Assembly (NCBI GenBank): GCA_965219995.1
Contig: CBDCOX010000002.1
Coordinates: 1,760,001-1,824,000 of the forward strand
Length of the DNA stretch: 64,000 nt
Direction of reading: 5' to 3'
DNA from: Candidatus Latescibacterota bacterium
Lineage (GTDB): Bacteria; Latescibacterota; UBA2968; GCA-2709665
Every line of letters begins with the position of its first letter. Position 1 is the stretch's first letter. The position numbers and the translations under genes were made by a program. Below are positions 37,204-46,210 of the stretch, in pieces. Under the pieces are notes generated by a model that saw only the letters and a program-made list of their open reading frames with translations, had not been told where the DNA came from and searched no databases.

Positions 37204-38760
37204 ATGGCCGAAGCCACACCGGAACTTTTACAACTGACCCGCAAAGACTTCGTTTCCGACCAGGAAGTCCGCTGGTGTCCGGGATGCGGGGACTACGCCA
37301 TACTGGCGCAGATGCAGAGGGTGCTTCCCGAACTCGGTATTCCCCGGGAACAGATCGTCTTCGTCTCCGGAATCGGTTGTTCGAGCCGCTTTCCGTATTA
37401 TATGAACACCTATGGCGTACACTCCATTCACGGGCGCGCGCCGACCCTTGCCTCGGGCCTCAAGGTGGCCAATCCCGACCTGCACGTGTGGGTGATCACC
37501 GGGGACGGCGACGGCCTATCCATCGGCGGCAACCATCTGCTGCATATTCTGCGCAGGAACGTGGATGTGAACATCATTCTCTTCAACAACCGCATCTACG
37601 GCCTTACCAAGGGGCAATACTCGCCCACGTCGCTGCCGGGCCACAAGACCTATTCTTCGCCGATGGGCTCCATCGAACAGTCCTTCAACCCCATCTCCGT
37701 TGCCATAGGCGCCGAGGCCACCTTCGTCGCGCGTTCCGTCGACCGGAATACCAAGCACCTTGCGGAAATGCTCCGCCGGGCGGCCGCACACAAGGGCACG
37801 TCGTTCGTTGAGGTCTACCAGAACTGTAACATCTACAACGATGGCGCGTGGTTCCACATTACTGAAGCCGACGTCAAGGACGACAATACGTTAATTCTCG
37901 AACACGGTCAGCCGATGGTTTTCGGCAAGGCGCGGGACAAGGGCGTCCGGATGGATGATTTGCGTCCGGAAGTCGTGGCGCTGGGCAACGGCACTTCCGA
38001 AGACGACCTGCTGATGCACGACGAGTCCGCGGATCCGCCAGCGCTGGCTTACATGCTGAGCCGCATGGAATATCCGGATTATCCAGTGCCCCTGGGGGTT
38101 CTCCGCTGCGTGGAACGACCTGTTTACGAGGAGGAAATCCTCGCACAGGGTCGCGCCGCCGTCACACAGCACGGGAAAGCCGATCTGTCCACACTCTACA
38201 ATGCCGCCGATACCTGGATCGTATCGGAAGAGGACAGCGTGCCGGTCGAGCGGGACGTCGCGGAGGAAATCGAGACGGATATTCCGGATATCATTCCGGG
38301 AATCGGCGAAGAGGACCCAATAGACCCGAAGGGCGAATTCGAACGCCTCGTCATCGATCCGATCTCGACGGTGAAACTTCACACGCCGGAATTCATCGCG
38401 CCGGGGGCCTCCATGCTCGAAGCCATGCTGCTGATGGAGGAAAAGGAAGCCGGCTGCCTTCTGGTTTCAGACGACGGAGTCACCCTTCAGGGCATCCTGG
38501 CCGAAGGAGACTTCTTCGTAAAGGTCGTGGGTAACGACATCGATCTGGCAACCACGCGTGTTGAAGACGTGATGACGCCCAATCCCATAACGATGAGATT
38601 GTCGGATCCCATCGGGTACGCGTTGCATCTGATGGACCTTCACGGCTACCGGCATATCCCGGTCGTCGACCACGGCGGACGGGTCGTCAAGGTGGTGTCG
38701 TTCAGGGCGGCTCTCGAGTTCTTCACGCAACTCTACGACAACGGAGCGAACGGCGACTGA
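37204..38760 (+). CDS. korB: 2-oxoacid:ferredoxin oxidoreductase beta subunit fused to a C-terminal CBS pair
   Basis: WCPGCGD, SGIGCSSRFPYY, GDGDGLSIGGNH and NNRIYGLTKGQYSPT motifs. After an acidic linker: GILAEGDF..VMTPNP..YRHIPVVD (CBS). Confidence 0.93.
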   Translation: MAEATPELLQLTRKDFVSDQEVRWCPGCGDYAILAQMQRVLPELGIPREQIVFVSGIGCSSRFPYYMNTYGVHSIHGRAPTLASGLKVANPDLHVWVITGDGDGLSIGGNHLLHILRRNVDVNIILFNNRIYGLTKGQYSPTSLPGHKTYSSPMGSIEQSFNPISVAIGAEATFVARSVDRNTKHLAEMLRRAAAHKGTSFVEVYQNCNIYNDGAWFHITEADVKDDNTLILEHGQPMVFGKARDKGVRMDDLRPEVVALGNGTSEDDLLMHDESADPPALAYMLSRMEYPDYPVPLGVLRCVERPVYEEEILAQGRAAVTQHGKADLSTLYNAADTWIVSEEDSVPVERDVAEEIETDIPDIIPGIGEEDPIDPKGEFERLVIDPISTVKLHTPEFIAPGASMLEAMLLMEEKEAGCLLVSDDGVTLQGILAEGDFFVKVVGNDIDLATTRVEDVMTPNPITMRLSDPIGYALHLMDLHGYRHIPVVDHGGRVVKVVSFRAALEFFTQLYDNGANGD

Positions 38761-38786
38761 TCGTCGCACCCTGTGAATCACATTGG

Positions 38787-38822
38787 AAAGGCCCCGGACA
38801 TCCAGGTCCGGGGCCTTTATTA
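38787..38822. terminator. Intrinsic terminator, probably bidirectional
   Basis: AAAGGCCCCGGAC-atccag-GTCCGGGGCCTTT between convergent genes. Confidence 0.8.
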
Positions 38823-38897
38823 TTCATGGCATGTTCGGGTTCCAGTGGGACGACGACGTTTGTGAACCTGCCCCACACGGCGCCCACCCCGCCAGCT

Positions 38898-39362
38898 TCA
38901 ATCGCTTCGCGGGCGCATGTACACCACCTCCGCCACCAGGTCCTTCGGGAACTCATCCATCCTTTCCGGTCCCAGCCGCTCCACCTCCGCCAGCCCGTGT
39001 CTGATCTCGCGTTTGAGCGCGCCGACGTCCACACCCAGAAACCCCGCGGGAAACTGCTTCAGCTTGAAAAATGAATTGTTGTAGTGCTTCACCGCTCCGT
39101 GATAGATTCCTCTTTGAATCTGATGATATGCCGCTGCAAGTTGAATCAGGCCCTGAAAGAAAATGCGGCTCGGCTCGTCATGCCTCCGCCACACCTGCTC
39201 CCAGGCCTCGTGGCTCTCCCAGTGCTCCCTCTTGTTGAAGAGGCGCACGCCGTTCTCGAAGTCGGTCCAATCCTCCCGGGACATTACGGGCTCCACCACG
39301 TCCACGGGGCTGATCCGATACGCCGGCTTCATCCGTGCTGTTTTCAGGTCAGGCCTTGCCAC
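38898..39362 (-). CDS. DUF309 family protein
   Basis: GVRLFNKREHWESHEAWEQVW...FFQGLIQLAAAYHQ motif. Confidence 0.85.
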   Translation of the reverse strand: MARPDLKTARMKPAYRISPVDVVEPVMSREDWTDFENGVRLFNKREHWESHEAWEQVWRRHDEPSRIFFQGLIQLAAAYHQIQRGIYHGAVKHYNNSFFKLKQFPAGFLGVDVGALKREIRHGLAEVERLGPERMDEFPKDLVAEVVYMRPRSD

Positions 39363-39365
39363 GAT

Positions 39366-40103
39366 TCAATCTCCAGCCTGGACATCAAGCATCGTCTCCA
39401 GTGCGACAAGATGCGCCCGGACGCGCACCTCCATCGCCAGCGTGGACGGCGTCTCGGACGTAATCAGACGATCGGTATACTTCTGCTTGAACAGGACGAT
39501 TGGCACACCCCCGCCCAGGCGCCGCTTCTCCACCCGGAGGTCCGGAAAAATCACGCCGTTCCGGGCAACCTCGCCCTCAATGTTCGTTTGCGTATTCAGG
39601 GGGCAGACTTCAGATACCTTGCGGGTAATCCGCGGGCCGGCCGGCGCCCGTGCTCGAACCTGCTCGTAGAGATAGTACCCCGGACTCTCCCAATCTTCGT
39701 GAAGATCCATAATCGCCGTAAAATTCCTCCCGTGGATAAACCGCTTGATCAGGGCAATCTCGGCGACGTCGTCACGAAGAAAGGCCCAGTTGATGTCCAC
39801 ATTTTGCGCATTCGATCGTGTATTGTGAACGTATCCGTAAGGATTCAAACACGGAATCACGAAAAACCTGAATTGATTCACCCATCGCTCACAGCCCATC
39901 TCCAGAAAAGCCAGCGCTCCCTCCGCTCCGGCGGGTTCGTCGCCGTGTGTTCCGCCGTTGACGTATATCACGGGCAACGACGGATCCGAACCCGCCGACA
40001 CGCAATAGACAGGATATCCGGCAATCCGGTCCAGAACCTGAACGTGGAGACCCCGGCTCGAAAGCGATTCGGCGCGCTTGACGATCTTATTGTAGTCACG
40101 CAT
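39366..40103 (-). CDS. M14-type metallo-carboxypeptidase/succinylglutamate desuccinylase family protein
   Basis: GGTHGDEPAG, PCLNPYG, DINWAF, DLHED and TSETP motifs. Confidence 0.85.
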   Translation of the reverse strand: MRDYNKIVKRAESLSSRGLHVQVLDRIAGYPVYCVSAGSDPSLPVIYVNGGTHGDEPAGAEGALAFLEMGCERWVNQFRFFVIPCLNPYGYVHNTRSNAQNVDINWAFLRDDVAEIALIKRFIHGRNFTAIMDLHEDWESPGYYLYEQVRARAPAGPRITRKVSEVCPLNTQTNIEGEVARNGVIFPDLRVEKRRLGGGVPIVLFKQKYTDRLITSETPSTLAMEVRVRAHLVALETMLDVQAGD

Positions 40104-40159
40104 GAAGGCTTTCCATATAACCTTGACTCGTGGCGCCAGCTGAACGGATCTTCCGCGCC

Positions 40160-41479
40160 TCAGGCGAACATTTCCCTCCCGAGCGTGATTCCGTGCGCCT
40201 TTACCGGGTCTTCGATTCTACCCACCCGCATCAGTCGACGGGAAAGCTCCGATGTGAGAATCTCGCCCATCTCCCGCGTTCTCTCCGGCAATTCCCCGGC
40301 CAGATTGCGTTGCTCCCCCGGATCGCCGGTCAGATCATAAAGTTCCCGCATGGGCTTGCCGTAAAAGTCCGGCTCAAGTGCGGCAATCAGCTTCCATCCA
40401 CCCACGCGCACCGCCCATTTGGCCATCCAGGTGCATTCCTGCGTGAGCAGCAGTTCTCCGTCTCTGTCTTCCGCGCCGCCCCGGATGAGTGGGAGCACGG
40501 ACCGTCCGTCCATCCCGTGCGGAACCGGCAGACCGGCGCCATCCAGAACTGTCGGCGCAAGATCCGTGTGTTGTACCAATGACCGGATCCGGGTACTATT
40601 GAATTCACTGCCAGGCCAGCGCACAATAAGCGGTACGCGAATATCGCTCTCGTACAATCCATGGTGATCGAAGTAGATGCCGTGTTCACCCAGTTCCTCG
40701 CCGTGGTCGCTGAAAATGAACACCGCGGTGTCTTCGGCGAAACCCAACTCGTCAAGCGCTCCCAGCAACTCCCGGATTCCATCGTCCACGCACCTCACCT
40801 CGGCATCGTACTGGCTGCGCACGAATTCGATATCGGTAATCTGGTCCCCCGCCGCGTCCGGCCACTCGGACGCCATCCGCCCGAGCCAGCCGGACGTCCA
40901 CCATGTCCTCAGGGGTCGCCGGTAGAAGCCGTCGAGGCTGCCTCTGTTTTCAACCGTCGGGTCGCCGGAATAAAAGAGGTCCCGATACCGTCCGGGCGGC
41001 ATATACGGCGTGTGCGGATCCCAATAGTGGACGAAAAGAAAAAACGGCTCGTCGCCGCGGGCTCGCAGCCACTGGATGGCAAGCTCGTTAAACCGGGAAC
41101 AATCCGGAAAACTTCCCGATTCCCGCGGATTCAGACAGACGTCGAATCCTCTGGAAAACCAGGGTTTGTGATGCTCCGCCAGATTATCCACCGCAGCCGT
41201 GGCGTACCCGGACCCTTGCAGGTATTCCGGCAGAAACGGCGCATTCTCGCAGAGAGACCAGCGGCCCCTGTGCGCAACGATCCCATGCGTGGTCGGCCAC
41301 TGTCCGGTGAACATGGTCGTAAATGAAGGCTGCGTCGGAATCGAGGGCGCATAGCAGTTGTCAAATACCGCAGATTGAACTGCAACGGTGTCGATGAACG
41401 GCGTGGTGGGCCGGTCATATCCGTAGCATCCGAGTCGATCGGCTCGCAAGCTGTCGACCGCGATAATCAGAAAATTCAT
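40160..41479 (-). CDS. Sulfatase-fold (alkaline phosphatase superfamily) hydrolase with Thr at the FGly position
   Basis: IAVDSLRAD, PSIPTQPSFTTMFTG, HYWDPHTPY, SDHGE and ELYDL..DPGE motifs. Confidence 0.85.
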   Translation of the reverse strand: MNFLIIAVDSLRADRLGCYGYDRPTTPFIDTVAVQSAVFDNCYAPSIPTQPSFTTMFTGQWPTTHGIVAHRGRWSLCENAPFLPEYLQGSGYATAAVDNLAEHHKPWFSRGFDVCLNPRESGSFPDCSRFNELAIQWLRARGDEPFFLFVHYWDPHTPYMPPGRYRDLFYSGDPTVENRGSLDGFYRRPLRTWWTSGWLGRMASEWPDAAGDQITDIEFVRSQYDAEVRCVDDGIRELLGALDELGFAEDTAVFIFSDHGEELGEHGIYFDHHGLYESDIRVPLIVRWPGSEFNSTRIRSLVQHTDLAPTVLDGAGLPVPHGMDGRSVLPLIRGGAEDRDGELLLTQECTWMAKWAVRVGGWKLIAALEPDFYGKPMRELYDLTGDPGEQRNLAGELPERTREMGEILTSELSRRLMRVGRIEDPVKAHGITLGREMFA

Positions 41480-41549
41480 CCGCACACCTTCACGATAGAC
41501 CAAAACGAACGTAGCAACCCCGGGGACGATTTTTTCACTTCGCCTACCG

Positions 41550-42431
41550 TCAGTCCGCCCGAACCACCCAATCCTCGAATTCCAAGCCTTCGGACAATTG
41601 CCAGGCCGTAAGGTAAAGCGACGCGGTAAACTTCACCGCCTCCCGCGCACGTTCCATGCCGAAGGCCACCACATCGGGAACCGGCGTCCACTCGCCCTCT
41701 CCCGCGGGCGGCATTCGGTCCGCCAGGCCATACACCGCGTCGATCAACGACCTGCTGTCTTCGATCTGCACAGCAATGCCGGCCATCAGGCTGTCCAGCA
41801 CGACCGGCTCCTGACCCGACTCCAGGTCGCCGGGCGCCGGGTCAAGCCTTCGGATCAGATCGTCCACTCTGTAGTGGATTCCCTTGGATTGAAGGGAGCC
41901 GTCCGACCCGGGCCGGCCGTCGAAGTGCATTGTCACGTGCAGCGGCTGGCACAGGTCCTGGGCGTAATTGGCGATAAAACCCGCGTACATCAAACACTTC
42001 CGCCGGATATATGGGTTTGCCGGCCAGCGACGATGCTCGGCAAACGCCACCGCCAGCCTCTGCGTCCATTCCGCCACCGAATACGGCAGAAAGCCCACTT
42101 TGTCTGGCGCGATGCCCTGGCTTGCGCACAATCTAATAAACTCATTCCGATCGACCGGCAGCGTGGCGTCCTTCAGTCGTTCAGGATTAAAATAGTGTTC
42201 GGGACCTTCGGCACGGCGCAATATCGGTGTTCCGCGATTCTTGGCCAGGTCCGGGTCCCACACATAGTGGGCGATCGCGTCGCCACCCGCCAGGAAGAAG
42301 CCGGGCATCCGGTCCGGAAGCGAGGCTACGGCCGCTTTGCTCACGATACCATGCCCGCGGACCCACCAGCCGTTGGCCGGGCTGGCCTGTAAAACGATCA
42401 GAATCAGAACACCTGGCCATCTTGCCATCAC
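41550..42431 (-). CDS. Exported S1/P1 nuclease/Zn-dependent phospholipase C fold protein
   Basis: Signal peptide followed by WWVRGH; PD..K, EHY, DLCQPLH and GIHYRVD motifs. Confidence 0.7.
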   Translation of the reverse strand: MMARWPGVLILIVLQASPANGWWVRGHGIVSKAAVASLPDRMPGFFLAGGDAIAHYVWDPDLAKNRGTPILRRAEGPEHYFNPERLKDATLPVDRNEFIRLCASQGIAPDKVGFLPYSVAEWTQRLAVAFAEHRRWPANPYIRRKCLMYAGFIANYAQDLCQPLHVTMHFDGRPGSDGSLQSKGIHYRVDDLIRRLDPAPGDLESGQEPVVLDSLMAGIAVQIEDSRSLIDAVYGLADRMPPAGEGEWTPVPDVVAFGMERAREAVKFTASLYLTAWQLSEGLEFEDWVVRAD

Positions 42432-42533
42432 ACACCCCGTTTCGCTGCTGCATCACTGCGTACGCCTTTGGCAATCAGACAATCGGACATCTGAATCCGA
42501 AGGTACATCGGCAGGGCTTCTTTGTCAACGTCA

Positions 42534-42570
42534 GGAAAAGAAGCGGAGGCCCCGTGCGAGACCTCCGCTT
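42534..42570 (-). terminator. Intrinsic terminator after tRNA-Sec
   Basis: Minus strand reads AAGCGGAGGTCTC-gcac-GGGGCCTCCGCTT followed by CTTTTCC. Confidence 0.75.
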
Positions 42571-42577
42571 CCGATTG

Positions 42578-42675
42578 TGGCGGGAATGTGTGGGAATCGA
42601 ACCCACCCAGCGTGTGATTAGCACGCCGCAACGGGTTTGAAGCCCGCGAGGGCCACCAGTGCCCCATCCACTCCC
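42578..42675 (-). tRNA. selC: tRNA-Sec (UCA)
   Basis: GGGAGTGG...GCGGG-CTTCAAA-CCCGT...long variable arm...GTGGG-TTCGATT-CCCAC...CATTCCCGCCA; lies directly downstream of selB. Confidence 0.95.
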
Positions 42676-42807
42676 GCACGAAAAGCAGGCTGCCGGCAGT
42701 CGCGGCATCCTGATGTGTTGTTCGTTAAAGCCGGTGCCAACAATCGAAATCCTGTCAAAGACTCCGGGGGCGCCAGGCGACTCGTTCCCGGATTCGGACG
42801 TCAGCGT

Positions 42808-44706
42808 TTACCCGGCGAGCACCCTGACGTCACCCTTCCTCACAGTGACGCCTTTATTGTCGAAATAGTTCAACAGTGGAACGGCATATTTTCGCGTGGT
42901 GTCAACCAGATCCCGAAACGCCGAAACACTCAATTCCCGGTTCCGGTGAAGGTATCCAAGGAGCTTCTGTTCGATCTCGTCCATCGTGCGCGGAGGAAAC
43001 ATCAGATTCTCGTCGAGCCTGACAATCTCCCCCATCGCCTGCATCGCGGCCGCAACAGCGTAAATTTCCCCGGCATCCTCTGTCAGATGCGCGCCGATCT
43101 CGGTCAGATCGGGCGGGGCCGCCTGCCCTGCCTGGAGAAGCTCCAGAATCTCCTGTCTGATCCGGCGCTGTTCCCCCGAAAAGCGGATCCGGTGATCGTC
43201 CATGCGCAGGAGGGGGCCCGCGGCGACCAACACTTTCTGAGCGAGCAGATGTTCGACGGCATGCTCAAACGACCATGGCGGAGGCACGGGCGCCACCCGC
43301 CGCCGAAGTTCGCTGCGCGAAACTCCCGCTTTCAGTGGATTGGACCGGTGGAAGCCAGACAACGCGTCCCCGATTAACTGCAGCAGCGAGTGCCACGAGT
43401 CCGTATGCACATAGACGTCCTCTCCCGCTCGGCGAAAGCCCAATGCTTCGCCTTCTCCCAGCAAAACCCTCAGGCGATCGCCTGTCTCGGAAAGAGAGAG
43501 ATCCAGCGCCGCCGCCAGGTCGCTTGCGGAAAGGGCCCGGAATCCCGCCGATTTGAGACGCAGGCTCATTACCCGGGTCGGATCCTCCGCCTCAAATTCG
43601 CGCAGTCTCTCCAGCGTGTCTGCACGCAAGCGGCGATGCTTCACCGGTTGCGTATCCAGCACGACACCGCCCCCGAGTGTCTGAACGGGCGAGTAACGCC
43701 GGATCACGAATCGGTCTCCCCTGGCGGCCACGCCGCGGCCTTCAAGGCGGAACTGTACCAGCTGGGACTCGCCGGGCTGCAGTTCGTCTGCTTCCAGAAG
43801 AATCACTCGCGCCAGCACGTCGCGAGGTCCGAGGTGAAGATGCACACGTGCGCGGTTTTTCAGTGTCACAGGGGCATCCTTCAGCAGCCGCAGGCGTGCG
43901 TCGAGCATATAAGTGGAACTGAAATAGCCCTGCTGCGCCAGCAGATCGCCCCGCGTCACGTGGTCCACTTCCACGTCGGCCAGATTGACCGCCGCGCGAT
44001 GGCCGACGCGGGCCGTATCCACGTCTCTGCCATGCACCTGCACGCCGCGCACCCGTACGGGCCGTTCGGCCGGCTGAAGCATCACCAGGTCTTTCACGCC
44101 TACCTGGCCGGACAGCACGGTACCGGTCACGACCGTGCCGAATCCCCGGACCGAGAAGACCCGGTCCACGGGCAGCCGGAACACCCCGCCATCCGGGCGT
44201 TCCCGAACCTTCCCGACTTCCTCCTCCAGCAATGTCCGAAGCGTATCTATCCCCTCCCCGGTCACCGCGGACACCGGCACGACCGGCGCGCCGTCCAGGA
44301 ACGTGCCTTCAAAGAGGTCGCGCAGATCCTCCTCCACCAGGTCCGCCCAATCCTTTTCCACCAGGTCCACCTTGTTGAGCGCCACGACACCCTGTCGTAC
44401 GCCCAGGAGGTTCAGGATGCCCAGATGTTCGCGTGTCTGGGGCATGGCCCCGTCGTCCGCCGCGACCACAAACAGCGCGAGGTCCACCGTACATACGCCC
44501 GTCACCATATTCTTCACGAACCGTTCGTGACCGGGCACGTCTATTATCGTGACATGATCCTTCCAGTATGCAAATCCGATATCGATCGTGACCCCGCGGT
44601 CCTTCTCTTGCGGGAGCGTATCGGTATCGATGCCCGTAAGCGCCCTGATCAGCGCGGTCTTGCCATGGTCGATATGACCTGCCGTGCCGATGATCACGTG
44701 TGACAT
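42808..44706 (-). CDS. selB: Selenocysteine-specific elongation factor
   Basis: [32 protein letters not shown] and C-terminal winged-helix TRKYAVPLL motifs. Confidence 0.97.
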   Translation of the reverse strand: MSHVIIGTAGHIDHGKTALIRALTGIDTDTLPQEKDRGVTIDIGFAYWKDHVTIIDVPGHERFVKNMVTGVCTVDLALFVVAADDGAMPQTREHLGILNLLGVRQGVVALNKVDLVEKDWADLVEEDLRDLFEGTFLDGAPVVPVSAVTGEGIDTLRTLLEEEVGKVRERPDGGVFRLPVDRVFSVRGFGTVVTGTVLSGQVGVKDLVMLQPAERPVRVRGVQVHGRDVDTARVGHRAAVNLADVEVDHVTRGDLLAQQGYFSSTYMLDARLRLLKDAPVTLKNRARVHLHLGPRDVLARVILLEADELQPGESQLVQFRLEGRGVAARGDRFVIRRYSPVQTLGGGVVLDTQPVKHRRLRADTLERLREFEAEDPTRVMSLRLKSAGFRALSASDLAAALDLSLSETGDRLRVLLGEGEALGFRRAGEDVYVHTDSWHSLLQLIGDALSGFHRSNPLKAGVSRSELRRRVAPVPPPWSFEHAVEHLLAQKVLVAAGPLLRMDDHRIRFSGEQRRIRQEILELLQAGQAAPPDLTEIGAHLTEDAGEIYAVAAAMQAMGEIVRLDENLMFPPRTMDEIEQKLLGYLHRNRELSVSAFRDLVDTTRKYAVPLLNYFDNKGVTVRKGDVRVLAG

Positions 44707-46121
44707 GATACTGGCTCCGCGCCATCCCCCACCGCGCGGCGAAGCGCGGCCTCAACGTGACGCAACTCGTCTGCGGCCACCGTACGCAAATCAAGAAACA
44801 GACAATCGTCCCGCACATATCCGATGACCGGCGGGTCGTTCGCGCGCAAACGCGCCGCCAGGCCGGTTACGGAACCACCGATGCGGGTGACGCGTAGCGC
44901 CGCGCTGGGGATCTCCTCCAGCGGCATGGCGCCGCTTCCGGTCTGGGCGGCTGAATCCACCAGTTCAATTCGCAAGTCCCTCAGCTGGCCCAGCCGGGAC
45001 AGGCTCCGCCGGCCCCGACGCTTCAGCGACGCCACGGGCGCGGTCAGCATCGCAAGCGTGGGGTGCGCCCGCAGTAAATCCTTCGGGTTCAGGAAGAGTC
45101 TCAGCGTGGCGGCCAGCGCGGCGTACGTCATTTTCCCGCACCGCAGCGCCCGCATGAGCGGGTTCCCGCGGATCTTCTCAATGGCGTCTCGCCTGCCCAC
45201 CAGAATTCCCGCCTGGGGGCCCCCCAACACCTTGTCGGCGCTGAAGGTTACCACGTCGGCGCCCGCCGCGACGCTGTCCGATACCAGGGGCTCGTGGGGC
45301 AGACCGAACGCACCCATGTCCACCAGAGCCCCACCGCCCAGGTCGTGGATCACGGCCACGCCGCGCCGGGTGCCCAGCGCAACCAGGTCCGCCAGTGAAA
45401 CCGCGGCCGTAAAGCCCATGACCTTGTAATTGCTCGGGTGCACCGCCAGCATCAGACCGGCGCGATCGGTCAGGGCCGCCTCGAAGTCCCGCAGATGGGT
45501 CCGGTTTGTCGTGCCGACCTCGACCATCGCCGCGCCGCTGCGCGCCATGATTTCCGGAATGCGAAAGGAACCTCCGATTTCGATCAGCTCGCCACGCGAG
45601 ACCAGCGCTTCCTTTCCCAGGCACAGCGTATTCAGGGTCAACAATACGGCGGCGGCGTTGTTGTTGACCACGGCTGCCGCATCGGCGCCCGTCAGCGCGC
45701 ACAACAGTTCCTCAACCAGCGCGGTTCGGGACCCGCGCCTGCCGCTTTCGAGGTCCACCTCCAGATTGCTGTAGCCCGCGGCAACGCCGGCCACCGCCCG
45801 GACCGCCGCGTTCGCCAGCGGCGCGCGTCCAAGGTTCGTGTGCAGCACGATTCCCGTGGCGTTGACGACCCGCTTGAGACCGGGCGCGGTGATGCGCGCA
45901 ACGCGCAGGCCGACCTGGCGAACCACCCGCGCCAACAGCGCGTCCCGGGACTCGCCGATCGCTTCGCCGCCACGCATGGCCTCCCGGACGGCGTCGATTC
46001 CCTCGCGCACGAAACGTGCGACCAGCGGCCGTTCGCAACGTTCGCAAAGCGCACGTACGTTGGGCTCCCCCAGCACCGTGTCGACCGAAGGTATCCGTGA
46101 AAAGTCGGCCTGTTCCGTCAT
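44694..46121 (-). CDS. selA: L-seryl-tRNA(Sec) selenium transferase
   Basis: VVNATGIVLHTNLGRAPL, VNNNAAA, SRGELIEIGGSFRIP, EVGTTNRTH and FSADKVLGGPQAG motifs. Confidence 0.97.
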   Translation of the reverse strand: MTEQADFSRIPSVDTVLGEPNVRALCERCERPLVARFVREGIDAVREAMRGGEAIGESRDALLARVVRQVGLRVARITAPGLKRVVNATGIVLHTNLGRAPLANAAVRAVAGVAAGYSNLEVDLESGRRGSRTALVEELLCALTGADAAAVVNNNAAAVLLTLNTLCLGKEALVSRGELIEIGGSFRIPEIMARSGAAMVEVGTTNRTHLRDFEAALTDRAGLMLAVHPSNYKVMGFTAAVSLADLVALGTRRGVAVIHDLGGGALVDMGAFGLPHEPLVSDSVAAGADVVTFSADKVLGGPQAGILVGRRDAIEKIRGNPLMRALRCGKMTYAALAATLRLFLNPKDLLRAHPTLAMLTAPVASLKRRGRRSLSRLGQLRDLRIELVDSAAQTGSGAMPLEEIPSAALRVTRIGGSVTGLAARLRANDPPVIGYVRDDCLFLDLRTVAADELRHVEAALRRAVGDGAEPVSCHT

Positions 46122-46210
46122 GTTGCTCCCGGCAATGGGCGCGACTGACGATGCCCGTCGCGGAAAATCACTTGGGCGGAATAGATTACTGTACGCCGGG
46201 CCCGTTGATG

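Noticed and set aside
41500-42600. Integrative element at tRNA-Sec
   Set aside because: No integrase and no duplicated tRNA 3' end were noticed in the window.
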